Source: Dehalococcoidia bacterium (lineage in GTDB: Bacteria > Chloroflexota > Dehalococcoidia > UBA2979). Taken from it: a stretch of DNA of 64,000 nt. Made by a program: the position numbers and the translations under genes. The stretch is taken from the NCBI GenBank assembly GCA_963667465.2, contig CAXXDN010000001.1:32001-96000 (forward strand), written 5' to 3'. This document shows positions 52,365 to 61,464 of the stretch, piece by piece (position 1 is the stretch's first letter; every line of letters starts with the position of its first letter). The notes under the pieces are model-generated. The model did not search any database. It was given only the letters and a program-made list of their open reading frames with translations, and had not been told where the DNA came from.

Positions 52365-54113
52365 TCACTCCCCCGGTCGAGGCCACCGGAGAACGGCCTG
52401 CTCAGCGAGCTCCTCCGTCCTTTCGCGGATCTGCTGTGGCCCCCAAATCGCGTACTGATCCAGGACTTCCCTAGTGGTCCTGTAGATCGTCTCGTTTCGG
52501 AGACGAGCATGTGCCTCGGCCCAATCGGCAGCCCCCTTTGTTGAGTTGTCAGACTGACTAAGCGGCACGAGGTTCCCCAGCAAGCCGAGAAGTCGCTCCC
52601 GCTCTTCGCTATCGTCCGGAAACTCATCACTCCAGGCACCCTTGAGGGATTGCGGAGCGAGGTGATCGACTGTGATCGCATCGAGCTGCTCGCGGGTGAT
52701 CGGGTTCTTCTTGTGAGCGGCGATCTCGAGTTCGGCGAGGACGTAGCCGTCGAGGCGACGCCCATAGAAGGATCTACTCAAGATGTCTCGTCGGAGTTGA
52801 TCGTCGTCGGGGAAGTCGATGGTTCTCGTCTGGAGGTCGGCAACGAGTGACGACGGGTCACCACCATTCTTCCGCCAAAGACCCTTGAACACGGCGTGGA
52901 GCCCGGTCGGCTCTCGACCGGAGAACGCTCGCCTCACCAAGAAGGACTCGACGATGCGGAGGCACTCCGCCGCTGCGGCCGAACTCACGCTTCCCAAGCG
53001 TTGAGCCCTAAGCAACTGAATCAGGAACGCGTAGGTCACGCGGGGTGCCGGCATGCGTACGAGACGCTCCACCAACTCCGCGACCTCTGGTGTCGTTTCG
53101 TAGTCGGCCCCCGCCGACAGCGCGTTGTACTCAGGCACGAACCGCCCAAGATCCTCGATGATGAGTTCGGCTGTGGTTGCCGAGTCATCTTCATCTCGAA
53201 TAGTTGAATCCCAGTGCCGATTGAGCACGCGGAACGCCCCTGCGACGGTCGCGCCGTCATCGACGGTTAGCGTGAAGGGGTAGTAGTAGTTGTCGAGCTG
53301 CTTTCGGTCCGTGAACGACCCTTCGAAGGGCTCCCAATGCTCTTGGTAAAGGCGGATCGCCGTGCCCGCTTCGGCTGCCAGTCGCCGAAAGATCTCGTTC
53401 TTCACAAGATCACCGACCGTGAGGAGCTGGCCCTTCCGGTTCAAGCGGTCGAAAACCTCGTTCGGCTGGTGCCGCTCCGCGATGTTGATCGCTGCAATCT
53501 CGACCTTGTCAACTATTGTCCGTTCAAGAGTCCTCAGTGCTTCTCCATCGAATCCGTCCGCGCTTTCGCATCGGGCGCGCACCTCTGATTGCGCTCGCTC
53601 AAGCGCAGCGGACATCCTTCCCGGCCTGAACTTCGCTGCAGGCGGCACCTCCCAGGCAACCTTCAACTTCCGACACAGCGAGAAGAATTCTGGCGTGTCC
53701 GGAATCGTTGGCAGAAAGCGGGGTTCACCTCTGGTCGTCGTTCGTGCGGACATAAGAAACGCTTCTGCGATTGCGGTAGCCTCGTTTGGATGCCCGTGCT
53801 CCTGCCACTCGAGTGCGATGGCGAGGAGCGTGAGGAACAAGGTTGCAATCCGCTGCTGGCCGTCCAACACCAGAAATTTCTCGAGAACGCCTGCGCTAGG
53901 GTCACTAGGTCCCTCATGCTTCAAGATGATCGCGCCCAAGAAGAGCGCCACTGATTCGCCTTCCTCTACGAGGCTCACATCCTCCCAGAACTCGTCCAGG
54001 TTTTTTCGGTCCCAGGAGAACCGCCGTTGGTAGAGGGGCGCAGAAAGCTGCCGCTCAAGCTCGAAAACGCTGCGTACGGTAACGCAGGAATCTTGTTGCC
54101 CTGGCAGGGTCAC
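52365..54113 (-). CDS. DUF262/DUF1524 (GmrSD-like) putative modification-dependent restriction protein
   Basis: PLYQRRFSW, LDGQQR, FDRLNRKG, C-terminal DHLAPQ...LGNL..L...DN; AT-richer codons. Confidence 0.9.
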   Translation of the reverse strand: MTLPGQQDSCVTVRSVFELERQLSAPLYQRRFSWDRKNLDEFWEDVSLVEEGESVALFLGAIILKHEGPSDPSAGVLEKFLVLDGQQRIATLFLTLLAIALEWQEHGHPNEATAIAEAFLMSARTTTRGEPRFLPTIPDTPEFFSLCRKLKVAWEVPPAAKFRPGRMSAALERAQSEVRARCESADGFDGEALRTLERTIVDKVEIAAINIAERHQPNEVFDRLNRKGQLLTVGDLVKNEIFRRLAAEAGTAIRLYQEHWEPFEGSFTDRKQLDNYYYPFTLTVDDGATVAGAFRVLNRHWDSTIRDEDDSATTAELIIEDLGRFVPEYNALSAGADYETTPEVAELVERLVRMPAPRVTYAFLIQLLRAQRLGSVSSAAAAECLRIVESFLVRRAFSGREPTGLHAVFKGLWRKNGGDPSSLVADLQTRTIDFPDDDQLRRDILSRSFYGRRLDGYVLAELEIAAHKKNPITREQLDAITVDHLAPQSLKGAWSDEFPDDSEERERLLGLLGNLVPLSQSDNSTKGAADWAEAHARLRNETIYRTTREVLDQYAIWGPQQIRERTEELAEQAVLRWPRPGE

Positions 54114-54328
54114 GTGCGAACTCCTCCCCAGCGATAGACCGTTGGCCCGGATGGGTGACCTGCGCGCCTAGTCTGGATTGCCCGCGAGGCTAGCATCACC
54201 CTGTACCCCTCGCGAAACGGGCGGCTCGTGCAGTCGATGCCGACAGCGTGGCACCGCCTGGCTCACGTCCAGACCAAGACTAGCATCCCGCGAACGCGCA
54301 CCTATTGTCGCGGTGAACCGACCCGTCC

Positions 54329-54928
54329 TCAGACCCAGCGCATCGAGGCGCGGGCGGCGGCCTGCTCGCGGCGGCTCTTCTCCGCCCAGCGCTCCAGGAA
54401 CTCCGCTCCCACGACCTGCTGCGCGTCCGGCCAGCGCAGCGCCGGCTCCGCGCTGAGCGTCTCGCGCTCGCGCACGGCGCAGAGGAAGGCCGTCGCGTCG
54501 CCGAGGTCGTGACGCTCGATCACCACGCAGCCGAGGTAGCCGACGCAGCCGGGGAACCACGGGTCGCCCGCCCCGGTCAGCGCGACCTCGAGGCCGGCGA
54601 GCTTGTCGCCGTCGCGGCCGGAGCGCAGGCCGAGCGGCTCAAGCAGCGGCAGCTGCGACGCGGAGAGCGCGGTGACCGCCAGCGTGCCGGAGGCGATGAC
54701 CAGCTCGTGCGTGTAGTTCGTCTTCGAGAGCGAGACGAGTACGCGCGGCCGCTCCGGCACGATCGAGGCGCCGAAGACGGAGACGCAGATCTGTGCGTTC
54801 GGAGCTGCGTTCGGAGCTGCGTTTGGCGGCGCGCCCGCCTCGAGGCCGCGCGCGCCGATCGCGCAGAGCGGCGACCAGAACGAGGACAGCACGTCGCGCG
54901 GCGGTCTTCCGCTTCCCTGCTGCGTCAT
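54329..54928 (-). CDS. flavin reductase family protein
   Basis: KTNYTHELV, GLRSGRDGDK, LGCVV....DLGD; includes a 12-bp tandem duplication (NAAP). Confidence 0.82.
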   Translation of the reverse strand: MTQQGSGRPPRDVLSSFWSPLCAIGARGLEAGAPPNAAPNAAPNAQICVSVFGASIVPERPRVLVSLSKTNYTHELVIASGTLAVTALSASQLPLLEPLGLRSGRDGDKLAGLEVALTGAGDPWFPGCVGYLGCVVIERHDLGDATAFLCAVRERETLSAEPALRWPDAQQVVGAEFLERWAEKSRREQAAARASMRWV

Positions 54929-55045
54929 TGCCGTCCTCCTCACCCGCGCGCACAGCATGCCAGCCATGCCCCGCCAGCCTGCCATGCTGTAGCCTGACCG
55001 CCGGCGCGCGTGCCGTGCCGCCGGGTCCGATGGGAAGGCCGGTTC

Positions 55046-55954
55046 GTGAGCGAATCCAGCGAGGGCCAGGTCACGATCGAGGAGGCCGTGCCGGTCGGCC
55101 ACGGCGGCGATCGCGAACTGCTCGTCGACATCTACCGGCCGCCCGAGCACATCGAGACGCGGCCGGCGGTGCTGCTGATCCACGGCGGCGGCTTCCAGAT
55201 GGGCGACCGCGAGCAGCTCAAGTGGTACGGGCTGATGCTCGGTCGGCGCGGCTACCTGTGCGTCACCTGCGAGTACCGCCTCGTGCAGGAAGCGCCCTGG
55301 CCCGCCCAGATCCACGACATCAAGACGGCGCTGCGCTGGATGCGCGCCAGCGCCGATGAACTCGACATCGACCGCGAGCGGATCGCCGTCTGGGGCCACT
55401 CGGCCGGCGCGCACCTCGCACTCTTCGCCGCCGGCACGCAGAACGACCCGGCCTGGGAGGGCGAGGGCGGCAACGCCGGCGCGGGCACGGACGTGGCCGT
55501 CGCCGTCGCCTACTACGCGCCGGTGAAGCTGTGGCGCTCGGAGGACAGCTTCAGCCCGATCGACATCCTGCTTGCCGGGGACGGCAGCGCTGACGCGGTT
55601 CGCGCCGCGAGCCCGCTCAGCTACGTCAGCGGGTCGTACCCGCCGACTGCGCTGCTCCACGGCTCGGACGACGTGACCGTGCCAGTGGAGCAGAGCACGC
55701 TGATGTACGAGGCGCTGCGCGAGGCGGGTGTGCCCGTCGAGCTGCTGATCTTCGCCGGGCAGCCGCACTCGTTCGACCTCGGGCGGATCGTGGGCCGCCA
55801 GGGCATGACAACGGGAGCGCTGTTCCTCGACCGTTACCTGGCCGGCAGCGTGCCGGCCGACGGGACCGAGGTGCTGCGCAGAATGAGGGAGATCGGCGAC
55901 GCCGACCGGGCCGCGCGCGCGGCCGCGGAAGCAGGGATGCCGGACCGTACCTAG
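55046..55954 (+). CDS. alpha/beta hydrolase (HSL-type esterase)
   Basis: HGGG, GHSAG, HGSDD..VP, PHSF. Confidence 0.92.
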   Translation: MSESSEGQVTIEEAVPVGHGGDRELLVDIYRPPEHIETRPAVLLIHGGGFQMGDREQLKWYGLMLGRRGYLCVTCEYRLVQEAPWPAQIHDIKTALRWMRASADELDIDRERIAVWGHSAGAHLALFAAGTQNDPAWEGEGGNAGAGTDVAVAVAYYAPVKLWRSEDSFSPIDILLAGDGSADAVRAASPLSYVSGSYPPTALLHGSDDVTVPVEQSTLMYEALREAGVPVELLIFAGQPHSFDLGRIVGRQGMTTGALFLDRYLAGSVPADGTEVLRRMREIGDADRAARAAAEAGMPDRT

Positions 55955-55961
55955 AGGTGCG

Positions 55962-56114
55962 TTCCGGTTCGACGCGGCGCACGGCAAGAGTAGCCATGGA
56001 CGACTGTTCGCGGTTCGCGGTTCGCGGGTCGCCACAGTGCGGCGGGGCGAACTGTCGCCGGGCAGCCTCGCCGCGATGCTGCGCCAACTGGACAGCGACC
56101 GCAGGGAGTTCTGA
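55962..56114 (+). pseudogene. HicA toxin remnant lacking its N-terminus
   Basis: FRFDAAHGKSSHGRLF...TVRRGELSPGSLAAMLRQLDSDRREF*; no start codon found; 7-bp x3 repeat inside. Confidence 0.65.
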
Positions 56115-56117
56115 TTG

Positions 56118-56546
56118 ATGCTGTACGCCTACCCCTGTGATCTCACCCCCGACGGCGACGGGGGCCTCGTTGCCACCTTCCCCGACGTGCCCGAGGCCAT
56201 CACGGGCGGAGCGGACCGCGCCGAGGCGCTGGCGATGGCCGGGGACGCCCTCGTCACGGCCCTCGCCGGGTACGTGCATGAGCAGCGCGAGATTCCCGCG
56301 CCCGGCGCGGCCACCGAGGACCGGGAACTGGTCGCCGTGCCGGCGGTGGCGGCGGCCAAGCTGGCCCTCTACTCCGCCATGCGGGCGCAGGGGATCACGA
56401 AGGTCGAGCTGGCGCGACGGCTCGGCGTCAGCGAGTCGGCCGTGCGCAAGCTCGCCAACCCGGACCACCGCTCCCACGTCAGCCAGGTCGAGAAGGCGCT
56501 CCGCGCCGTCGGCCGAAGCATCCGCGTCGAGGTGACCGCCGCCTGA
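56118..56546 (+). CDS. HicB family antitoxin with HTH
   Basis: YAYP..LTPD.DGG.VATFPDVPEAIT, AKLALY..MR..G.TK.ELARRLG. Confidence 0.92.
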   Translation: MLYAYPCDLTPDGDGGLVATFPDVPEAITGGADRAEALAMAGDALVTALAGYVHEQREIPAPGAATEDRELVAVPAVAAAKLALYSAMRAQGITKVELARRLGVSESAVRKLANPDHRSHVSQVEKALRAVGRSIRVEVTAA

Positions 56547-56620
56547 CTCCGCCGCACACTGCCCCGCGCGACAGCAGCGCGGCCGACGCGGTAGCCTGTC
56601 GCGGGCGAGAGGCGGGAACC

Positions 56621-58036
56621 ATGAGGGTCGAACGCGAACGGCTGGACCGAACGATCAACCCGCGCACCGTGGCGGTGGTGGGCGACGCCAAGATCCGCAA
56701 CTACCGCTGGCTGAAGAGCATGGAGACCTTCCAGGGACCGGTCTACTCGGTCCAGGTCGACCCCAACGAGATCCCCAACATCGAGGAGCTGGGGATCCCC
56801 AACTACACGAGCCTCCTTGAGATCCCGGACGAGATCGACTTCGTGCTCGTGGCCGTGCCGCGCAACGTCGCGCCATTCATCCTGCGGCAGTGCGTCGAGA
56901 AGGACGTGGCCGGCGCGGCGTTCTTCACCTCCGGCTTCGCCGAGACCGACAGCGAGGACGGCCGCGAGTTGCAGGCGACGATGACCGAGCTGGCGCGCGA
57001 CTCCGGCCTCGCGCTGATCGGCCCGAACTGCATGGGCCTCTACAGCCCCGGGGTCGGCGTGCGCTTCGGCCCCAACCAGCCCGCGGGCTTCGAGGGCCGG
57101 ATCAGCTTCGCGGCGCAGAGCGGGGCGCACACCGGCGACCTGATCGAGGCGGCCTACGACGCCGGCGTGCTGCTCGGCAAGGCCGTCAGCTTCGGCAACG
57201 GCATCGTGTTGGAGAACGCCGACTACCTCGAGTACTTCGCCGGCGACCCCAGCACCGACATCCTCGCGATGTACGTCGAGGGTCTGCAGGACGGGCCGCG
57301 CTTCTTCCGCACGCTGCGCGAGACGACGCGCCACAAGCCGGTGGTGCTCTGGAAGGGCGGCCGCACCGAGGACGGCGGGCGCGCGACCCGCTCGCATACC
57401 GCCTCGCTGGCCGGATCGTCCGAGGTCTGGGACGCCGCCTGCCGCCAGGCGGGCGCGCTGCAGGCGCGCAACCTCGTAGAGCTGGTCGACATCCTCAAGG
57501 CGCTGACGCTGGTCCCGCCGTTCACCGGCGACGGCGTGGGCATCGCGGGCGGCTCCGGTGGGCAGTCGGTCGCCATGGCGGACAGCTTCGCCACCGCCGG
57601 CCTGCGCGTCCCCACGCTCACGGACGAGTCCTACGCGCAGCTCGAGGAGTGGTTCAGCCTCGTCGGCGCCAGCTTCCGCAACCCGATCGACATGGGCTCG
57701 AACCGCACCGAGCTGGAGCAGATCTTCGGCATCCTCGACAAGGACGAGAACATCGACATCGTCGTGATGCAGATCCGGCCACGGCCGCAGGACGACCCGG
57801 ACCGCGAGTTGCTCGAGGAGTTGGTGGAGGCGCTGGCGAGGGCGAACGAGCGCTCCTCGAAGCCGCACATCGCCTTGCTGCACTCGCCGAAGCCGCTCGC
57901 CCACGCCGAGGCGATGCGCGAGATCGCCGCGACGCTCGCGGAGCAGGGCATCGCCAGCTTCGAGACCTACGATCGCGGCGCGCACGCCCTCGCCGCCGTC
58001 CGCAGCTGGTACGCCTCGCGCGCCAACGGGGGGTAG
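56621..58036 (+). CDS. CoA-binding acyl-CoA synthetase (NDP-forming) alpha-type subunit
   Basis: NPRTVAVVG, GPNCMG, QSGA, SFGNG, SHTASLAG, NPIDM; no ATP-grasp domain. Confidence 0.9.
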   Translation: MRVERERLDRTINPRTVAVVGDAKIRNYRWLKSMETFQGPVYSVQVDPNEIPNIEELGIPNYTSLLEIPDEIDFVLVAVPRNVAPFILRQCVEKDVAGAAFFTSGFAETDSEDGRELQATMTELARDSGLALIGPNCMGLYSPGVGVRFGPNQPAGFEGRISFAAQSGAHTGDLIEAAYDAGVLLGKAVSFGNGIVLENADYLEYFAGDPSTDILAMYVEGLQDGPRFFRTLRETTRHKPVVLWKGGRTEDGGRATRSHTASLAGSSEVWDAACRQAGALQARNLVELVDILKALTLVPPFTGDGVGIAGGSGGQSVAMADSFATAGLRVPTLTDESYAQLEEWFSLVGASFRNPIDMGSNRTELEQIFGILDKDENIDIVVMQIRPRPQDDPDRELLEELVEALARANERSSKPHIALLHSPKPLAHAEAMREIAATLAEQGIASFETYDRGAHALAAVRSWYASRANGG

Positions 58037-58053
58037 GTACGGTGCCCGAGGCG

Positions 58054-60588
58054 TCAGTGCGCCTCGGCGACCAGCCCGGCCTCGGCGCGCTCGACGAGGG
58101 CGCGCAGCGCGGCGTGCGGCTCGGCCGCGAGCTCCGGGTCTGCCTCGAGCAGCGCCTCCGCCTCGACGCGGGTGGTGTCGATCAGGCGGGCGTCGAGCAG
58201 CGAGGCGACGCGTAACGAGGGCGTCCCGGCCTGGCGTGTGCCGAACAGCTCGCCCGGACCGCGCAGCTCCAGGTCCGCCTGCGCGAGCGCGAAGCCGTCG
58301 CGGTTGCGCGCCACCAGCGAGAGCCGCTCCTGCGCCTCGGGCGAGGGGTCGTCCGCCAGCAGGTAGCAGGTCGAGGGGTGCTCGCCGCGACCGACACGCC
58401 CGCGGAACTGGTGCAGCTGCGAGAGCCCGAAGCGGTCCGCGCCCTCGATCAGCATCACCGTCGCGTTCGGCACGTCGATGCCGACCTCGACGACGGCGGT
58501 CGAGACGAGGATCGAGGCCTCGCCCCGCGCGAAGCGCTGCATCACAGCGTCCTTGTCGCGGCCGGACATGCGGCCGTGGAGCAGCGCGATGCGGTCCGCG
58601 AGGTCGGGGAACTGCTCGCGGCAGAGCCGCTCGTACTCCTCGGTGGCGGCGCGTGAGACGACGGCGTCCGAGCCCTCGACGAGCGGGCAGATCACGAAGC
58701 CCTGGCGGCCCGCCTCGACCTCGGAGCGCAGCGCGGCGAAGGCTTCGCCGCGGTCGTGCGGTGGTAGCCACGTAGTCTCGATCGGCGTGCGGCCGGGCGG
58801 CAGCTCGTCGATCACCGTCAGATCGAGGTCGCCGTAGATCGTGAGCGCGAGCGAGCGCGGGATCGGCGTGGCGGTCATCACCAGCAGGTGCGCGGTCGCT
58901 GCGGCCTCGACGGCGCCGTCCCCGTCACCCGTCCGCTCGGGCTGGCGCAGCGCGGAGCGCTGCATCACGCCGAAGCGGTGCTGCTCGTCAACGACGGCGA
59001 GGCCGAGCCGCTGGAAGTCGACGCCCTGCTGGATCAGCGCGTGCGTCCCGACGATCAGGTTCGCCCCGCCGTGGCGGATCGCATCGAGGGCGTCGCGGCG
59101 CTCCTTTGCGCGCGTCGAGCCGGTGAGCAGCACAACGCGCAGCGGGAGCGACAGGAAGGGCAGACTGACCACGCCGTTGAGCGGCGGCTCCGGCTCGCCC
59201 GAAAGCACGCCGCAAATCGTGCGGAAGTGCTGCTCGGCGAGCACCTCGGTGGGGGCCATCAGCACGGCCTGGTGGCCTTCGGCGACGGCGCCGATCATCG
59301 CGGCGAGGGCGACGACCGTCTTGCCCGAGCCAACGTCGCCCTGCAGCAGCCGCGCCATCGGCTGTGGGCGCCCGAGGTCGTCGAGCATCGTGTCGAGGGC
59401 GGCCCGCTGCGCCCCGGTCAGCTCGAACGGCAGCGTCCCGAGGAACGCCTCGATCGCCGCGTGGCCGGCGAAGGCCGGCGCGTCGCCGTGCGCGCGCCAC
59501 TCGCGCTTGCGCCGCACCACGCCGATCTGGATCGCCAGCAGCTCGTCGAAAGCGATGCGCCGCCGCGCAATATCGAGCGCCTCCTTGCTGTCCGGGTAGT
59601 GCATCTGCCGCGTCGCCTCGACGATGCCGGGCAGTCCGTGCTTCCCGCGCAGCTCCTCGGGCAGCGTCTCCGGCAGCCGCTCGGCGAAGCGGTCGAGCAG
59701 CGCGGCGATCGTCGTGCGTAGCGTCCGCTGGGCGAGTCCCTGCGTCGAGGGATAGACGGGCACCAGGCGGCCGGTCTCGCGCTGCTCGCCGCCGAGCTTC
59801 TCGAAGGCCGGATTGTCGATCGTCGGGCGGCCCCGGTAGGCCTTGACCGTGCCGGAGAGCGCGATCTCCGTGCCCGCGGGGAGCTGCTGGGCGAGCCAGG
59901 GCTGGTTGAACCAGACGACGCGCAGGCGCGCGCCGGTCTCGTCCGTGATCGTCGCCTCGCAGACCTGCATGCGGCCACCCCGGCCCATCCGCACCGGACG
60001 GGCGCGGTCGACCGTGCCGCGCACGGTCTGCTCCTCGCCGATCCGCAGCGCGGCGATCGGCACGGTCACGGAGAAGTCGTGGAAGCGGTGCGGGTAGTGG
60101 CGCAACGCGTCGCCGACGGTGCTCAGCCCAAGCCGCTCGAGGCGGTCCAGGTTCTTCACCCCGAGCCGCGTCCCGGCGCGTGCGATCGGCCACTCGAGGG
60201 CGGCCGCGCCCTTGGGAATCGGATCAGCAGGCGGTTTGCGTGGTGTGGGCTTGCGGCGCGGCGCTGCGTCCTCGGGGGAGGCGGGCGCGGCGCGCTTGCG
60301 AGGGCGCGCGGCCGCGGGCGCGGGCGCGCCGTTCGTGGCGCGGCCCTGCTCGTGCGCGATCGTCGCGCGCGCGCGGCGCAGCCAGCTCCTTCGCTCCTCG
60401 ATGCCGAGCGAGCGGTAGCCGGCTGCCGGGAGCGCGGCGACCATCCGCAGCAGCGGCGAGCGCGGCGGCTCGTCCCGGGCCTGGAGGCGTAGCAACTCGT
60501 CGAGGCCGCCCTCGACGAGCGTGTCGGCACAGCCGGAGCGGAGCTCGCCTTCGAGCACCGTCGCGAGCCGCTCCAGGTCGGCGGTCAT
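58054..60588 (-). CDS. recG: ATP-dependent DNA helicase RecG
   Basis: QGDVGSGKT, DEQHRFG, MTATPIPR, HQFRGRVGRG, LRGPGE. Confidence 0.97.
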   Translation of the reverse strand: MTADLERLATVLEGELRSGCADTLVEGGLDELLRLQARDEPPRSPLLRMVAALPAAGYRSLGIEERRSWLRRARATIAHEQGRATNGAPAPAAARPRKRAAPASPEDAAPRRKPTPRKPPADPIPKGAAALEWPIARAGTRLGVKNLDRLERLGLSTVGDALRHYPHRFHDFSVTVPIAALRIGEEQTVRGTVDRARPVRMGRGGRMQVCEATITDETGARLRVVWFNQPWLAQQLPAGTEIALSGTVKAYRGRPTIDNPAFEKLGGEQRETGRLVPVYPSTQGLAQRTLRTTIAALLDRFAERLPETLPEELRGKHGLPGIVEATRQMHYPDSKEALDIARRRIAFDELLAIQIGVVRRKREWRAHGDAPAFAGHAAIEAFLGTLPFELTGAQRAALDTMLDDLGRPQPMARLLQGDVGSGKTVVALAAMIGAVAEGHQAVLMAPTEVLAEQHFRTICGVLSGEPEPPLNGVVSLPFLSLPLRVVLLTGSTRAKERRDALDAIRHGGANLIVGTHALIQQGVDFQRLGLAVVDEQHRFGVMQRSALRQPERTGDGDGAVEAAATAHLLVMTATPIPRSLALTIYGDLDLTVIDELPPGRTPIETTWLPPHDRGEAFAALRSEVEAGRQGFVICPLVEGSDAVVSRAATEEYERLCREQFPDLADRIALLHGRMSGRDKDAVMQRFARGEASILVSTAVVEVGIDVPNATVMLIEGADRFGLSQLHQFRGRVGRGEHPSTCYLLADDPSPEAQERLSLVARNRDGFALAQADLELRGPGELFGTRQAGTPSLRVASLLDARLIDTTRVEAEALLEADPELAAEPHAALRALVERAEAGLVAEAH

Positions 60589-61439
60589 GCCGCAGAGGCG
60601 TCGGGGGAGAGTACTGCGACGACGGCGAGCAGGCCGGGGCCGACGTGCACGCCGATGGCGGGACCGACCTGGCCCTGCATCACCGCCGCGCCGGGCGCGA
60701 CCTCGCCGAGTCGGCTGGCGAGGTCGGCCGCTTCGTCCGGGGTCGTCGAGTAGAGCACGGCAAGCTGCTCGATCGAGCCGAGCGCCGCCGTGCGACGGAC
60801 CACCTCGGCGACCGCCTTCTTCTTCGTGCGCACGCGCCCAACCGGGACGATCTCGCCGTTCTGGATGGAGAGCAGCGGCTTGACGCGCATGAGGCCGCCG
60901 AGCAGCTCCTGCGCGCGCCCGATGCGACCGCCGCGGCGCAGGTACTCGAGCGTGTCGACGAGGATGAAGTCGTGGGTGCGGCTGTAGTGTTCGAGCACCC
61001 GGTCGCGCGCTTCGTCGAGGCTCGCACCGCCCTCGACCGCCTGCGCCGCCGCAATCGCGCCCATGCCGAGCGCCAGCGTCGCCATGCCGGAGTCGACGGC
61101 CTCGATGCGGACGCCCTCGACCTGTTGCGCGCCCTGGCGCGCCGAGGCGAGCGTGCCGCTCAGCTTCTCGGAGACGTGGAGCGAGAGGATCTCCGTGGCG
61201 CCTTCGTCCTTGAGTTGCTGGTAGACGTCGCGGAACGCGCCCGGCGAGGGCTGCGAGGTGGTCGGCAGCCGGGACTCGCGGGCGAGCCGCTCGAAGAACG
61301 TGTCGGAATCGATGTCCACGCCGTCGAGGAGGTGCTCGTCGCCGAAGAACACGCTCGCCGGGACGATGGTGATGCCGTGCTCCCCGGCGAGGTCGCGAGG
61401 GATGTCACAGGTCGAGTCGGTCACGATGCGGATGCTCAT
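60585..61439 (-). CDS. DegV family fatty-acid binding protein (FakB-like)
   Basis: IVTDST, TTSQPSPG, LSGT, YLRRGGRIG, HVGPG. Confidence 0.95.
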   Translation of the reverse strand: MSIRIVTDSTCDIPRDLAGEHGITIVPASVFFGDEHLLDGVDIDSDTFFERLARESRLPTTSQPSPGAFRDVYQQLKDEGATEILSLHVSEKLSGTLASARQGAQQVEGVRIEAVDSGMATLALGMGAIAAAQAVEGGASLDEARDRVLEHYSRTHDFILVDTLEYLRRGGRIGRAQELLGGLMRVKPLLSIQNGEIVPVGRVRTKKKAVAEVVRRTAALGSIEQLAVLYSTTPDEAADLASRLGEVAPGAAVMQGQVGPAIGVHVGPGLLAVVAVLSPDASAA

Positions 61440-61464
61440 CAGGCGTAGTCCTTCCGGCTGCTGT

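Noticed and set aside
49457-52474. 1005-aa + strand ORF and similar long antisense ORFs (e.g. 13547-15019, 17282-18940, 25822-27564)
   Set aside because: Shadow frames of real high-GC genes on the opposite strand
56621-58036. Acyl-CoA synthetase lacking an ATP-grasp domain as a novelty
   Set aside because: Split alpha/beta organisation is established for this family
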